A stretch of DNA of 64,000 nt from Burkholderiaceae bacterium (GTDB lineage Bacteria; Pseudomonadota; Gammaproteobacteria; Burkholderiales; Burkholderiaceae_C): the NCBI GenBank assembly GCA_041913045.1, contig JAYSGB010000009.1, positions 9,566-73,565 of the forward strand, read 5' to 3'. Below the pieces are notes generated by a model. The model saw only the letters and a program-made list of their open reading frames with translations. It was not told the origin of the DNA and ran no database searches. Position 1 is the first letter of the stretch. The number at the start of each line of letters is the position of its first letter. A program made the translations under genes and the position numbers. Shown piece by piece: positions 46,803-55,619 of the stretch.

Positions 46803-48005
46803 GTGAACCCCATGCAACCTGTTGCCCTTGACCCTTCCCGCTGCCTGCCCGACGACGGCTGTGCCGGTACCCTGTTGGCCCGTGTCTGGACCACCAGCGA
46901 TGCCGTGCCTGGCCCCTCGGTGGCCGTCATCCGCGCCGACGGCGTCTACGACCTTGGCCACCACGTGTCCACCATGAGCGAACTGCTCGATCAGCCCGAT
47001 GCGGTGGCCCGGGTGCGTGCTATGTACGGGCGCCGATTGGGTAGCCTGGCCGAACTGCTGCGGCACACCGAGGCCGCCGCGTATGGCCAGGTCAGTGGCC
47101 CGTACCTGTTGGCCCCGTGCGACCTTCAGGTGATCAAGGCGGCTGGCGTCACCTTTGCCTCCAGTATGGTTGAGCGAGTGATCGAGGAACGTGCCGCTGG
47201 TGACCCGGCCCGTGCGCAGGCCATCCGGGCCCAGGTGACGGCGGTTGTGGGCGATGACCTGCGCGCCGTCAAACCAGGTTCGGCGCAGGCCATGGCGCTG
47301 AAGCAGGTGCTGCAGCAGCAGGGCCTGTGGTCGCAGTACCTGGAGGTGGGCATCGGCCCCGATGCCGAGGTCTTCACCAAGGCCCCGGTACTGGCTGCGG
47401 TGGGCACCGGTGCGCAGGTCGGCATACGCGCCGATTCGGCCTGGAACAACCCGGAACCTGAGGTGGTGCTGGTGGTTGACAGCCGCGGCAGCATCGTCGG
47501 TGCCACCCTGGGCAACGACGTGAACCTGCGCGACATCGAGGGCCGCAGTGCGCTGCTGCTGGGCAAGGCGAAGGACAACAACGCTTCCTGCGCCATCGGC
47601 CCCTTCATCCGCCTGTTCGACGAAACCTTCACGCTCGACGACGTGCGCCACGAGACCGTGGACCTGCGCGTCGAAGGCATGGACGGTTTTGTGCTGCAGG
47701 GCGTCAACAACCTCGCCCGCATCAGCCGGGACCCGCAGGACCTTGTCGATCAGACAATAGCCGCGCACCAGTACCCCGACGGTTTCCTTCTCTTCACCGG
47801 CACCCTGTTTGCCCCCATTGAAGACCGCGATCAGCCCGGCAGCGGCTTCACTCACAAGCTGGGTGATGTGGTGAGCATCCGCAGCCCGCACCTGGGCGAG
47901 CTGCGCAACACGGTGACCCATGCTGAAACTGCCCCGCCGTGGCGATTTGGCCTGACGGCCTTTTTTCGTAACCTGGCGCAGCGTGGCCTTTTATCGTCCA
48001 CCTGA
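46803..48005 (+). CDS. fumarylacetoacetate hydrolase-family protein (long form)
   Basis: GNDVNLRDIEG....LGKAKD and the C-terminal FTGT are FAH-fold motifs. The start is GTG. Confidence 0.75.
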   Translation: MNPMQPVALDPSRCLPDDGCAGTLLARVWTTSDAVPGPSVAVIRADGVYDLGHHVSTMSELLDQPDAVARVRAMYGRRLGSLAELLRHTEAAAYGQVSGPYLLAPCDLQVIKAAGVTFASSMVERVIEERAAGDPARAQAIRAQVTAVVGDDLRAVKPGSAQAMALKQVLQQQGLWSQYLEVGIGPDAEVFTKAPVLAAVGTGAQVGIRADSAWNNPEPEVVLVVDSRGSIVGATLGNDVNLRDIEGRSALLLGKAKDNNASCAIGPFIRLFDETFTLDDVRHETVDLRVEGMDGFVLQGVNNLARISRDPQDLVDQTIAAHQYPDGFLLFTGTLFAPIEDRDQPGSGFTHKLGDVVSIRSPHLGELRNTVTHAETAPPWRFGLTAFFRNLAQRGLLSST

Positions 48006-48035
48006 GCCCCTTCTTCTCTGAACGGAATTTGCCCC

Positions 48036-48899
48036 ATGAAACTTGCACGCATCGGTCCCCGTGGCCATGAAAAACCTGCACTGCAGCACGTTGACGGTAC
48101 CTGGCGCGACCTGTCCGGCCTGCTGCCCGACATCACCGCCCAGACGCTCACTCCGGCTGGTTTGGCCGCACTGCGCGCAGTCAATGCCGCCGCCTTGCCG
48201 GTGCTGCCTGCTGGCCGTCCGGGCGTGCCCTGGACCGGCTGCGGCAAGTTCCTCTGCGTTGGCCTGAACTACGCCGACCATGCCGCGGAATCCAACCTGC
48301 CCATCCCGCAGGAACCGGTGCTGTTCACCAAGCACACCAGCACCATGGTGGGCGCCAACGACAACGTGGTACTGCCGCAGGGATCGGTGAAAACCGACTG
48401 GGAGGTGGAACTGGGCGTGGTGATCGGCAGCAAGGCCCGTTACGTGAGCGAGGCGGATGCGTTGCAGCATGTGGCCGGTTACTGCGTTGTTAACGACGTG
48501 TCGGAACGCGAATACCAGCTCGAGCGCGGCGGCACTTGGGACAAGGGCAAGGGCTGCGACACCTTTGGCCCAGTGGGCCCCTGGCTGGTAACTGCCGACG
48601 AGGTGCCCGACCCGCAGGCCCTGGCCATGTGGCTGGACGTGAATGGACACCGCTACCAGAACGGCAACACCCGCACCATGGTGTTTGGCGTGGCCCACCT
48701 GGTCAGCTACATCAGCCGCTTTACCACCCTTTATCCGGGTGACCTCATCACGACTGGCACACCGCCGGGGGTGGGCATGGGCGTCAAGCCCCAGGCCGTT
48801 TACCTGAAGGCGGGCGACGAGATGCGTCTGGGCATTGTTGGCCTCGGTGAACAGCACCAGCACGTCTTTGCCTGGGATCCGGCTCGAATCGATGGGTGA
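48036..48899 (+). CDS. fumarylacetoacetate hydrolase-family protein (2-keto-3-deoxy-acid hydrolase/hydratase type)
   Basis: Has GLNYADHA, DWEVELGVVIG, NDVSER and GDLI.TGTP.GVG motifs. Confidence 0.85.
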   Translation: MKLARIGPRGHEKPALQHVDGTWRDLSGLLPDITAQTLTPAGLAALRAVNAAALPVLPAGRPGVPWTGCGKFLCVGLNYADHAAESNLPIPQEPVLFTKHTSTMVGANDNVVLPQGSVKTDWEVELGVVIGSKARYVSEADALQHVAGYCVVNDVSEREYQLERGGTWDKGKGCDTFGPVGPWLVTADEVPDPQALAMWLDVNGHRYQNGNTRTMVFGVAHLVSYISRFTTLYPGDLITTGTPPGVGMGVKPQAVYLKAGDEMRLGIVGLGEQHQHVFAWDPARIDG

Positions 48900-48903
48900 T
48901 GGC

Positions 48904-50358
48904 ATGACGGCATTCCACGCTTACTCCCCCCGCAGCGCCAACTGGGGCAGTGAACCCTATGCCGAGTCCAGTGCCGTCGAGGTCGATGCTGCCGTGCAGG
49001 CCGCAGCAGCAGCCGCGCCCGCCTGGGCAGCTGCGGGTGCAGAGACCCGCTCCGCACTGCTCGATGGCCTGGCCGCTGCCCTGGAAGCAACCCGCGAAGA
49101 ACTGGTGCCGATGGCCGATGCCGAAAGTGCGCTGGGCTTGCCGCGCCTGAACGGCGAGCTTGACCGCACCGCGTTCCAGTTGCGCCGTTTTGCCAGCCTG
49201 TGCCGCCAGGGCGTACCATTCCAGGCTGTGGACGACCCGGCTGTGATCGGCCCGCCACCGGCCGGCCACCCACCCATGCGCCGCCTGTTTCTGCCGCTGG
49301 GCCCGGTGGCCATGTACGCGGCGAGCAACTTCCCCTTCGCCTTTTCGGTGCTGGGCGGTGACACGGCCAGTGCCCTTGCCGCCGGCTGTCCTGTGGTCAT
49401 CAAGGCCCACCCGGGCCACCCTGGGTTGTCGCGCCGCACTTGGGCCCTGGCCCAGTCGGTCCTGGCGGAGCAGGGCCTGCCCGCTGGCCTGATCGGCTTT
49501 GTACAGGGCGCCTCGCCGGAGGTGGGCCTTGCGCTGGTGCGTCATCCGTCCATTGCCGCCGCGGCCTTCACCGGCTCCACGCGTGGGGGCATTGCTCTGT
49601 GGAAAGAGGCCCAGGCCCGCCCGCGCCCGATCCCCTTCTTCGGCGAACTGGGGGCCATTAACCCGGTGCTGGTGTGGCCAGGCGCGCAAACCGACGCCCT
49701 GGCCGACACCCTGGCGGCCTCCATCACACTGGGCTGTGGCCAGTTCTGTACCAACCCGGGCCTGATCGTACTGTTGCAGGGGCCGCAGACCCCGGCGTTT
49801 GTGGCCCGCTTAACCAGTGCCCTGGCCCAGCAGCAGCCGCACCCCATGCTCACCCCCGGCATGCGCCAGGCCTTCGTCGATGGCACCCATCGCCAGTTGG
49901 CGCACGGTGCCAAGGTACTGTTGCAGGAGCCCGACACGGCCCAGGCCCCACGGCCCTTCCTGGCGGAGGTGGACGCCACCACATTTGTGGCCGAACCCGA
50001 ACTTCGTGAAGAGGTGTTTGGCCCGTCCAGCCTGTTGGTGCATGCGCCCGACGCGGCAGCGGCCGAAGCCACCCTGCGAGCCATCGGCGGCAGCCTCACG
50101 GTAACCCTGCATGGCGCCCAGGACAATGCCGAGGGGCGTGCGCTGCTGCAGGCCGCGCTGGCGGTGGCTGGCCGTGTGCTATTTGCCGGGGTGCCCACCG
50201 GCGTGGCAGTGACTGCGGCACAGCAGCATGGCGGGCCTTGGCCAGCCACAACGGCGCCGCAGACCACCTCTGTGGGTGACGCGGCGTTGCAGCGCTTTCA
50301 GCGTCCTGTATGCCTGCAGGACGCGCCCGACTGGGTGTTGGGGGCCTTGCCAGCGTGA
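48904..50358 (+). CDS. aldehyde dehydrogenase, alpha-ketoglutaric semialdehyde dehydrogenase-like
   Basis: It has an ALDH fold with FTGST, ELG..NP and GQFCT (catalytic Cys). The context of Weimberg-type dehydratases fits this call. Confidence 0.8.
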   Translation: MTAFHAYSPRSANWGSEPYAESSAVEVDAAVQAAAAAAPAWAAAGAETRSALLDGLAAALEATREELVPMADAESALGLPRLNGELDRTAFQLRRFASLCRQGVPFQAVDDPAVIGPPPAGHPPMRRLFLPLGPVAMYAASNFPFAFSVLGGDTASALAAGCPVVIKAHPGHPGLSRRTWALAQSVLAEQGLPAGLIGFVQGASPEVGLALVRHPSIAAAAFTGSTRGGIALWKEAQARPRPIPFFGELGAINPVLVWPGAQTDALADTLAASITLGCGQFCTNPGLIVLLQGPQTPAFVARLTSALAQQQPHPMLTPGMRQAFVDGTHRQLAHGAKVLLQEPDTAQAPRPFLAEVDATTFVAEPELREEVFGPSSLLVHAPDAAAAEATLRAIGGSLTVTLHGAQDNAEGRALLQAALAVAGRVLFAGVPTGVAVTAAQQHGGPWPATTAPQTTSVGDAALQRFQRPVCLQDAPDWVLGALPA

Positions 50359-51092
50359 TTTTTTCGTCTAGTCTGCGGCGCGAGGCCGTGTTTGTTGATG
50401 GCATTCGAGACATGCTGCCCCAGGCCCCGGGCATTGCTGCCTGGGGCCTGATGACGGGCGTGGCCATCATCAAGTCGGGCATGGGCCTGACCGAATCGCT
50501 GGCTATGACGCTGCTGGTGTTTGCCGGCTCTTCGCAACTCGCCTCGCTGCCGTTGATTGTTGCGGGTGCGCCGGCCTGGGTCATCCTTGCGACCGGCTTC
50601 TGTGTCAACCTGCGCTTCGTGGTTTTCAGCCTGCACCTGCGCCCGCACCTGATGCACTTGCCGCGCTGGCAGCGTTTGGCGCACGGCTATTTCACAGCCG
50701 ATATCACCTATGTGCTGTTCACCCAACGGTATCCTCACGCTGGCCAGACGGCGCAGGAGCGACGCAGCCAAGAAGCGTATCTGGCAGGCAATGGCTTGGT
50801 TAACTGGTTGTCGTGGGTGGGGGCCGGTCTGGTGGGGGTGGCCTTGGCAAACCTCATCCCAACAGAGTGGGGGCTTGGCTTTGCCGGCATACTTTGCCTG
50901 GTGGGTATCCTTTGTTCGCTGGCAACTACTCGTTTGCGTATGCTCGCTGCCGCGGTGGCTGGCTCTGTGGGGGTGGTGGCTTACGCGTTACCGCTCAAGC
51001 TCAACATCGTTCTTGCTATCGCGGTGGCCGTGCTCATTTCTTTGTCGGCCGAAAAGCTGCGTCTATTTGTTACTGCCGGGAGGCACAAATGA
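50355..51092 (+). CDS. azlC: AzlC-family branched-chain amino acid exporter subunit
   Basis: A polytopic protein with the FAGSSQ motif. It is followed by an azlD-like gene with an ATGA overlap. The start is uncertain (50310 or GTG 50355). Confidence 0.75.
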   Translation: MIFSSSLRREAVFVDGIRDMLPQAPGIAAWGLMTGVAIIKSGMGLTESLAMTLLVFAGSSQLASLPLIVAGAPAWVILATGFCVNLRFVVFSLHLRPHLMHLPRWQRLAHGYFTADITYVLFTQRYPHAGQTAQERRSQEAYLAGNGLVNWLSWVGAGLVGVALANLIPTEWGLGFAGILCLVGILCSLATTRLRMLAAAVAGSVGVVAYALPLKLNIVLAIAVAVLISLSAEKLRLFVTAGRHK

Positions 51093-51418
51093 TAGATCTC
51101 TGGACGTTGAGCGTCATCGTTGGCCTGGCTGGTGTTACTGTGGTCACACGATGCTTCTTCCTCTTCTCCAATCGCTCTTGGAACTTGCCTCCCTGGGCGT
51201 TAAGAGCGCTGCAATACGCTCCCATTGCCGCCTTGTCTGCAGTGGTTGTTCCCGAGGTGGTGACGACGCAGGGTCTCCTCATTAATACCTGGCGCGATGC
51301 GCGCCTGTTTGCCGCTGCGGCCGGTGCTGTTTGGTATTTCTGGCGCGGTGGTGTTCTGGGTACCATCGTAGTTGGCATGGCAGTCTACTTGCCATTGCGA
51401 ATGAGCCTGGGCTGGTAG
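51089..51418 (+). CDS. azlD: AzlD-family small membrane protein
   Basis: A 109-aa hydrophobic protein directly after azlC. Confidence 0.7.
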   Translation: MIDLWTLSVIVGLAGVTVVTRCFFLFSNRSWNLPPWALRALQYAPIAALSAVVVPEVVTTQGLLINTWRDARLFAAAAGAVWYFWRGGVLGTIVVGMAVYLPLRMSLGW

Positions 51419-51518
51419 CCTGCGTGATCTTTTGGAGATCAATATGAGGAATTCACGTCTCACTATTGACTTCACTGGTCTGGGCCACATAGGTCTCTGT
51501 CAGGATGATGAGCTTGCT

Positions 51519-51540
51519 TGTCTGTCTGTCTGTCTGTCTG
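51519..51540. repeat. tetranucleotide microsatellite (TGTC)5.5
   Basis: TGTCTGTCTGTCTGTCTGTCTG lies in the convergent intergenic region between azlD and the MCP gene. Confidence 0.9.
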
Positions 51541-51811
51541 GGCATCGGGTGGTTACGTCGTCCACAACGAGGCCATCTAGCGGCCAGAAGTTGGTTTGCT
51601 TGAACTTAAGTGTCGTGCCATACGGTCCCGTCCCAGCATTTGCTCCGCGCGTAACGGAAGCTCTGGTCCTGGGGTGTGAGCAGACTCTGATGCGTTGAAT
51701 CATCCATATACGCAAACTCCACTGGGGTATAGGCTACGGATTAAAGTCAAGGTGGGCCTAGTTGGTTCCCGACTTGACTCCACATGTCGGCCCGCGTGAG
51801 CGGGTTTCGGA

Positions 51812-51835
51812 CCCGGCTTATGCCGGGCTTTTTTC
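51812..51835 (+). terminator. intrinsic terminator (CCCGGC-TTAT-GCCGGG plus T-run)
   Basis: The stem-loop is followed by CTTTTTTC. It is preceded by two more hairpins: CCCGC-GTGA-GCGGG at 51791-51804 and AGTCAAG/CTTGACT at 51745-51779. Confidence 0.6.
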
Positions 51836-51935
51836 TTGTGGTCAGTGTCTGAATCGACTACGTGAACAGAACCGGCAGCAGTTAAACAAGACCTACTTCT
51901 GGGAAATCCAAGGATTGGTCCATAGCAAGAGAAGC

Positions 51936-53069
51936 TCAAAGTCTGAACATTTGAACTGCTTTATCAAGCCTTTGGGCTTGCTCACGCAAGCCGACGGTAG
52001 CTGCAGCGGCCTGCTCCACAAGTGCTGCGTTCTGCTGGGTCATCTGGTCAAGTAGACCAATTTCTCTGTTGATTTCACCGAGTCCATTGGACTGCTCGCT
52101 CGAGGTGGCCGTGATGCTTGCAATCGTCTCCCGGACACGCTGCACGGATCCCACAATGTCCTGCATGGTTGTTCCGGCTGCTTGCACCAGTTCCGAGCCA
52201 GACTGGACCCGCGCGACCGATGTCTCAATCAGGTCCTTTATCTCGCGTGCGGCCTCTGCGCTCCGTCCGGCCAGGTTGCGAACCTCCCCCGCCACAATGG
52301 CGAAGCCACGTCCTTGCTCACCGGCACGTGCGGCCTCCACTGCGGCATTCAGAGCGAGGATGTTGGTCTGAAACGAAATCCCATCAATTACGCTGATGAT
52401 GTCGCGGATCCGCTGGGAACTGAGACTGATCTCGTCCATGGTCTTCACAACTTGGTCGACGACCTTGCCACCCTGGAGCGCCACGTCAGAAGCTGATGCA
52501 ACCAAAAGGCTGGCGGTTCGAGCTGCTTCGGTCGATTCGCGTACGTTGCCTGTCAACATCTCCAGACTGGACGCTGTGTGCTGCAGGTTGCCTGCAGCGC
52601 GCTCGGTGCGGTCGCTCAAGTCCTGATTTCCGGTGGCAATTTCCGTGGACATTTGGGTGATGCTTTGACTAGCCTGCCTAATGTCGCCCAGAGCAATCTG
52701 CAAGCTGTCAACGAGTCGTTGCAATGAATGAAGCAGACTGCCTTCATGCGCCGCAGGGACCTGCACACTCAGGTTGCCATCGGCTAGCGCGGCCAGTACA
52801 TCGCTTGCGGTGGATGGCTCGCCACCAAGAACATGCCGTGCCGTGCGCCTGATCCAGATGGTGAAGCCGACACAGGCAGTGACGCAGATAGTTGTGAGCA
52901 CCGCAGTCAAAGCGCCGCCCATTACCAGATAGCCCGCCATCACCTCGGCATCGACTTGGCGACTTTGCCGCTGCAGCCACCAGGCACCTAGCGCTACCGT
53001 GGAGCCAGCGCCTGCAACCATGAAGGTTGGCACGAGCATGGACAAAGTGAGCTTCTGCGTATAGTTCAT
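51936..53069 (-). CDS. methyl-accepting chemotaxis protein (short, membrane-anchored)
   Basis: The signalling domain includes the highly conserved [34 protein letters not shown]. The N-terminus has two TM helices and a HAMP-like region. Confidence 0.9.
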   Translation of the reverse strand: MNYTQKLTLSMLVPTFMVAGAGSTVALGAWWLQRQSRQVDAEVMAGYLVMGGALTAVLTTICVTACVGFTIWIRRTARHVLGGEPSTASDVLAALADGNLSVQVPAAHEGSLLHSLQRLVDSLQIALGDIRQASQSITQMSTEIATGNQDLSDRTERAAGNLQHTASSLEMLTGNVRESTEAARTASLLVASASDVALQGGKVVDQVVKTMDEISLSSQRIRDIISVIDGISFQTNILALNAAVEAARAGEQGRGFAIVAGEVRNLAGRSAEAAREIKDLIETSVARVQSGSELVQAAGTTMQDIVGSVQRVRETIASITATSSEQSNGLGEINREIGLLDQMTQQNAALVEQAAAATVGLREQAQRLDKAVQMFRL

Positions 53070-53372
53070 CGGGTATGGTCCCACGCCTCAAAGTCAGAGA
53101 TCCATTCTAGATGTGCAAACGGTGCCGTGTACGGGCACGTTTGAGGAGATACGCACGGCGACAGTTCGCCATTCTTTCTAGACTACGTCTTTGCGCACAA
53201 CTGGGAGACAGATAGTGTGGTGTACCTCTGGTGTGTCTGGTCACCTTGATCGTCGCCTATGGCAAGCTCAAACGAGGTGGGGTAACGACCTGGGATGCGG
53301 ATGGCGGTTTCGAGGTCGTGCACGGACCGGTTGGTATCGGCCGGACCTTGGCGTGGTTTCTGCTGAAAATCA

Positions 53373-53516
53373 CTAGAAACTTGTGCTATGGTTGCGTCAG
53401 CGTTGAGAACAACGCAAGGGTACAAAAGACAGACAAATGTTGCTTGTCATTCTGGCCTAAGTGATTGATTTTAAAGGTATTTCTATTTTGGCTGTAGTGT
53501 CCCGTCCACTCCGCCA
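53373..53516 (+). repeat. 144-bp repeat A, copy 2 (ends in CCCGTCCACTCCGCCA, identical to the last 16 nt of tRNA-Asp)
   Basis: See the entry for copy 1 at 5502-5645. A strong terminator follows immediately. Confidence 0.7.
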
Positions 53517-53530
53517 GCATTCAGCAAAAA

Positions 53531-53552
53531 GCCCGCCTTTGGCGGGCTTTTT
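53531..53552. terminator. bidirectional intrinsic terminator (GCCCGCC-TTT-GGCGGGC flanked by A-run and T-run)
   Basis: A perfect 7-bp GC-rich stem, with AAAAA upstream and TTTTT downstream. Confidence 0.75.
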
Positions 53553-53604
53553 CATTGGGCGCTCGGAGATTAGGCGCTCGGAACGCACCACCCGTACACA
53601 CCTT

Positions 53605-53985
53605 TCAGGGCTGGTGTGCTGCTGCCCTGACGAGCTGTTGTTGCCACCAGTTCTGGGCTTCTTCACCCAAAGGCTCGGCGAGCCGGGCGGGCAATGGCCA
53701 TTGCAGCAGTTCTGCCAAGCGGCTCACCACCCAGAGTGCCTCACCTTCGCTCAGACGGCCTTCTTCTGCCACCAGGCCTTGCAGCATGCGGGCCAGCACA
53801 TCGCCTTCAGTGATGCCAAGCTTCACCAGCACCTGGCTAGCGTGTTCGGTGAGCATTTGCGCCATGTCTTCGCACAGCTCGAATTTTTCGGCCAAGGCTG
53901 CACGATCAATGGACGGTTTGCGCTGGCCGGGTGTGATGAAAAGCTCCGCGAAAGAGTCGGGCACAAGCAATTGGGACTCATCCAT
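53605..53985 (-). CDS. conserved hypothetical protein
   Basis: It has coding-type composition and its start, MDESQLLVPDSF, looks plausible. I recognise no family. Confidence 0.5.
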   Translation of the reverse strand: MDESQLLVPDSFAELFITPGQRKPSIDRAALAEKFELCEDMAQMLTEHASQVLVKLGITEGDVLARMLQGLVAEEGRLSEGEALWVVSRLAELLQWPLPARLAEPLGEEAQNWWQQQLVRAAAHQP

Positions 53986-54154
53986 GGGCGGTCCCATCGC
54001 GCCATTCGCGCACTTCGGTGAATGAGAATTTGCAGCGTACACACTGGTAGCGGCCAGTGGGGCGCATGGCACCAAGCGGGTCCCGGTCGAGGACGGGGCG
54101 GTAGGCAGTGGCGCCGCAACGGTGGCAGGCGTTCATGGGTCTCCCTGGGTTCAT
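53978..54154 (-). CDS. small zinc-ribbon-like protein (CxxC...CxxC)
   Basis: CHRCG ... CVRCK lie within the last 58 codons of a long, otherwise antisense ORF. It overlaps the downstream gene start by 8 nt. The call is weak. Confidence 0.35.
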   Translation of the reverse strand: MNPGRPMNACHRCGATAYRPVLDRDPLGAMRPTGRYQCVRCKFSFTEVREWRDGTAHG

Positions 54155-54457
54155 GCTGGCATTGTGCCAAGTTTCACGCGCGCTTACGGGCATGCCTTGA
54201 ATGGCCTTGGGCGTGGCGTGCATGCCCATGTAGAGAACGTTGGAGGTGTGCATCCGTGGCTCCTTTGCGGCACAGGGTGTACCGTGGTTGGGTCCATTGT
54301 GGGCAGCCTCCGTATCAAAAAACGATACGCCTTCGGTAGGTCGCGCGGGCCCAGGCACGAGGGGGCATTGTCCGGATTGGCTATTTCCGAAGGCGTATGG
54401 ACAGCCGGTGGCCCTTGAGGCAATCTGGGTGTTTGACTCACACCGCAAACATAGCCT

Positions 54458-55138
54458 ATGGACTCCAATGACGATCTGTTGTCGCGCCTGCGCGAGTTTC
54501 ATGCAGACTACTTTCCCAGGCACCAGCAACGCCTCCAGGATCTGGTAGCCGAGGGGCAACACCCCAAGACACTGTTCATCGGGTGTTCGGATTCGCGTGT
54601 GGTGCCATGGCTGTTGACGGGGGCGGGGCCGGGTGACCTGTTCATTGTGCGCAACGTGGGGGCGCTGGTGCCGCCGTACGACGGTTCGCATGGCCTGCAC
54701 GGCACGATGGCGGGTGTGGAATTCGCGGTGTTGAGCCTGAAGGTGGAACACATCATTGTGTGCGGGCACAGCCACTGTGGCGCCATTCGCGCGGCGTACG
54801 AAGGAGCGCCCGAAGGGGCACCTGCGTTGAAGAGCTGGCTGCACCTGGTGGACGAGGCCTTGCTGCCCGTGCAGACCACCAAGGAGGCGCTGCGGCGCAC
54901 CGAGCAGCGCAGCGTGGTGCTGCAACTGGAACGTCTGTTGGACTACCCCATGGTGCGCGCTGGCGTGGAAGCTGGCACCTTGCAACTGCACGGCTGGCAC
55001 TTCGTCATTGAAGACGGTGAGGTGCACGTGTTCGACGCTGAGACAGGCCTGTTTGTGCCTGCGTCCGAGGCGCAGCACAGCGGCACGGGACCTTTCCCGC
55101 CCTACGTGGAGAACGACGGGCAGGTCCCGGAGGTGTGA
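54458..55138 (+). CDS. can: beta-class carbonic anhydrase
   Basis: CSDSRV, the HSHCG zinc-ligand motifs and FIVRNVG are typical of beta-CA. Confidence 0.9.
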   Translation: MDSNDDLLSRLREFHADYFPRHQQRLQDLVAEGQHPKTLFIGCSDSRVVPWLLTGAGPGDLFIVRNVGALVPPYDGSHGLHGTMAGVEFAVLSLKVEHIIVCGHSHCGAIRAAYEGAPEGAPALKSWLHLVDEALLPVQTTKEALRRTEQRSVVLQLERLLDYPMVRAGVEAGTLQLHGWHFVIEDGEVHVFDAETGLFVPASEAQHSGTGPFPPYVENDGQVPEV

Positions 55139-55162
55139 GCTTGACTGGCCCTTTGCGATGTT

Positions 55163-55603
55163 TCAACCGCGGGGCAACCGGCGCTGGGGCTGGCCAGTTT
55201 GCCCATGCACGAGGCGGATGAAGTCGAGCAACTCCTTGTCGGAGCGGCGGATGTGTAGCGAAAGCCAGTCGCGCAGCACGGTGGACAGCTGTGCCGCCAC
55301 GGTGATGTGGCCCGCCTCGTAGCGCTGCTGCAGTTCGCGCAGGCTGTTCACGAAGTGGGCGTGGCCTTTGCGGTGCCCTTCCAGGTTGGGGAAGTGCACG
55401 GCTTCCATCTGGGCTTCCTCGCGGCGCAGGTGGTCGCTCGTGTAGCGGATGAGTTCCTCCAGGATCTGACCGACGATCTCGACGCCACGGCCTTCGCTCG
55501 TGGCGGTGTGCAACTGGTTGACCAGATCGACGAGGTGGCGGTGGTCTGCGTCGATGGGGCCGTTGTCGATGACCATGTCATCGGCCCATTGGAAGTAAGC
55601 CAT
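55163..55603 (-). CDS. bacteriohemerythrin (hemerythrin-like metal-binding protein)
   Basis: IDADHRHLVDLVN, HL.REE, H...H.HF and LRDWL..HI...D are characteristic iron-ligand His/Glu/Asp spacings. Confidence 0.85.
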   Translation of the reverse strand: MAYFQWADDMVIDNGPIDADHRHLVDLVNQLHTATSEGRGVEIVGQILEELIRYTSDHLRREEAQMEAVHFPNLEGHRKGHAHFVNSLRELQQRYEAGHITVAAQLSTVLRDWLSLHIRRSDKELLDFIRLVHGQTGQPQRRLPRG

Positions 55604-55619
55604 GCGGTTGTCTCCTGTT

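Noticed and set aside
46572-49689. Several 300-450-aa minus-strand ORFs (46572-47921, 47991-48905, 48784-49689).
   Set aside because: They lie antisense to the FAH-family and aldehyde dehydrogenase genes, and their low-complexity composition is rich in Gly, Ala, Arg and His.
51519-51540. Checked whether the TGTC tract or any other short repeat forms a CRISPR array.
   Set aside because: It is a simple tetranucleotide microsatellite with no spacers. No repeat-spacer architecture or cas genes occur anywhere in the window.
51432-51715. 88-aa plus-strand and 71-aa minus-strand ORFs in the azlD/MCP spacer.
   Set aside because: They overlap each other and the microsatellite, and have no start context or recognisable motifs. 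They are treated as non-coding or possible pseudogene debris.
53978-55078. 366-aa minus-strand ORF opposite the carbonic anhydrase gene.
   Set aside because: It lies antisense to a textbook beta-CA. Only its last ~58 codons (CxxC...CxxC) were kept, as a low-confidence small gene.
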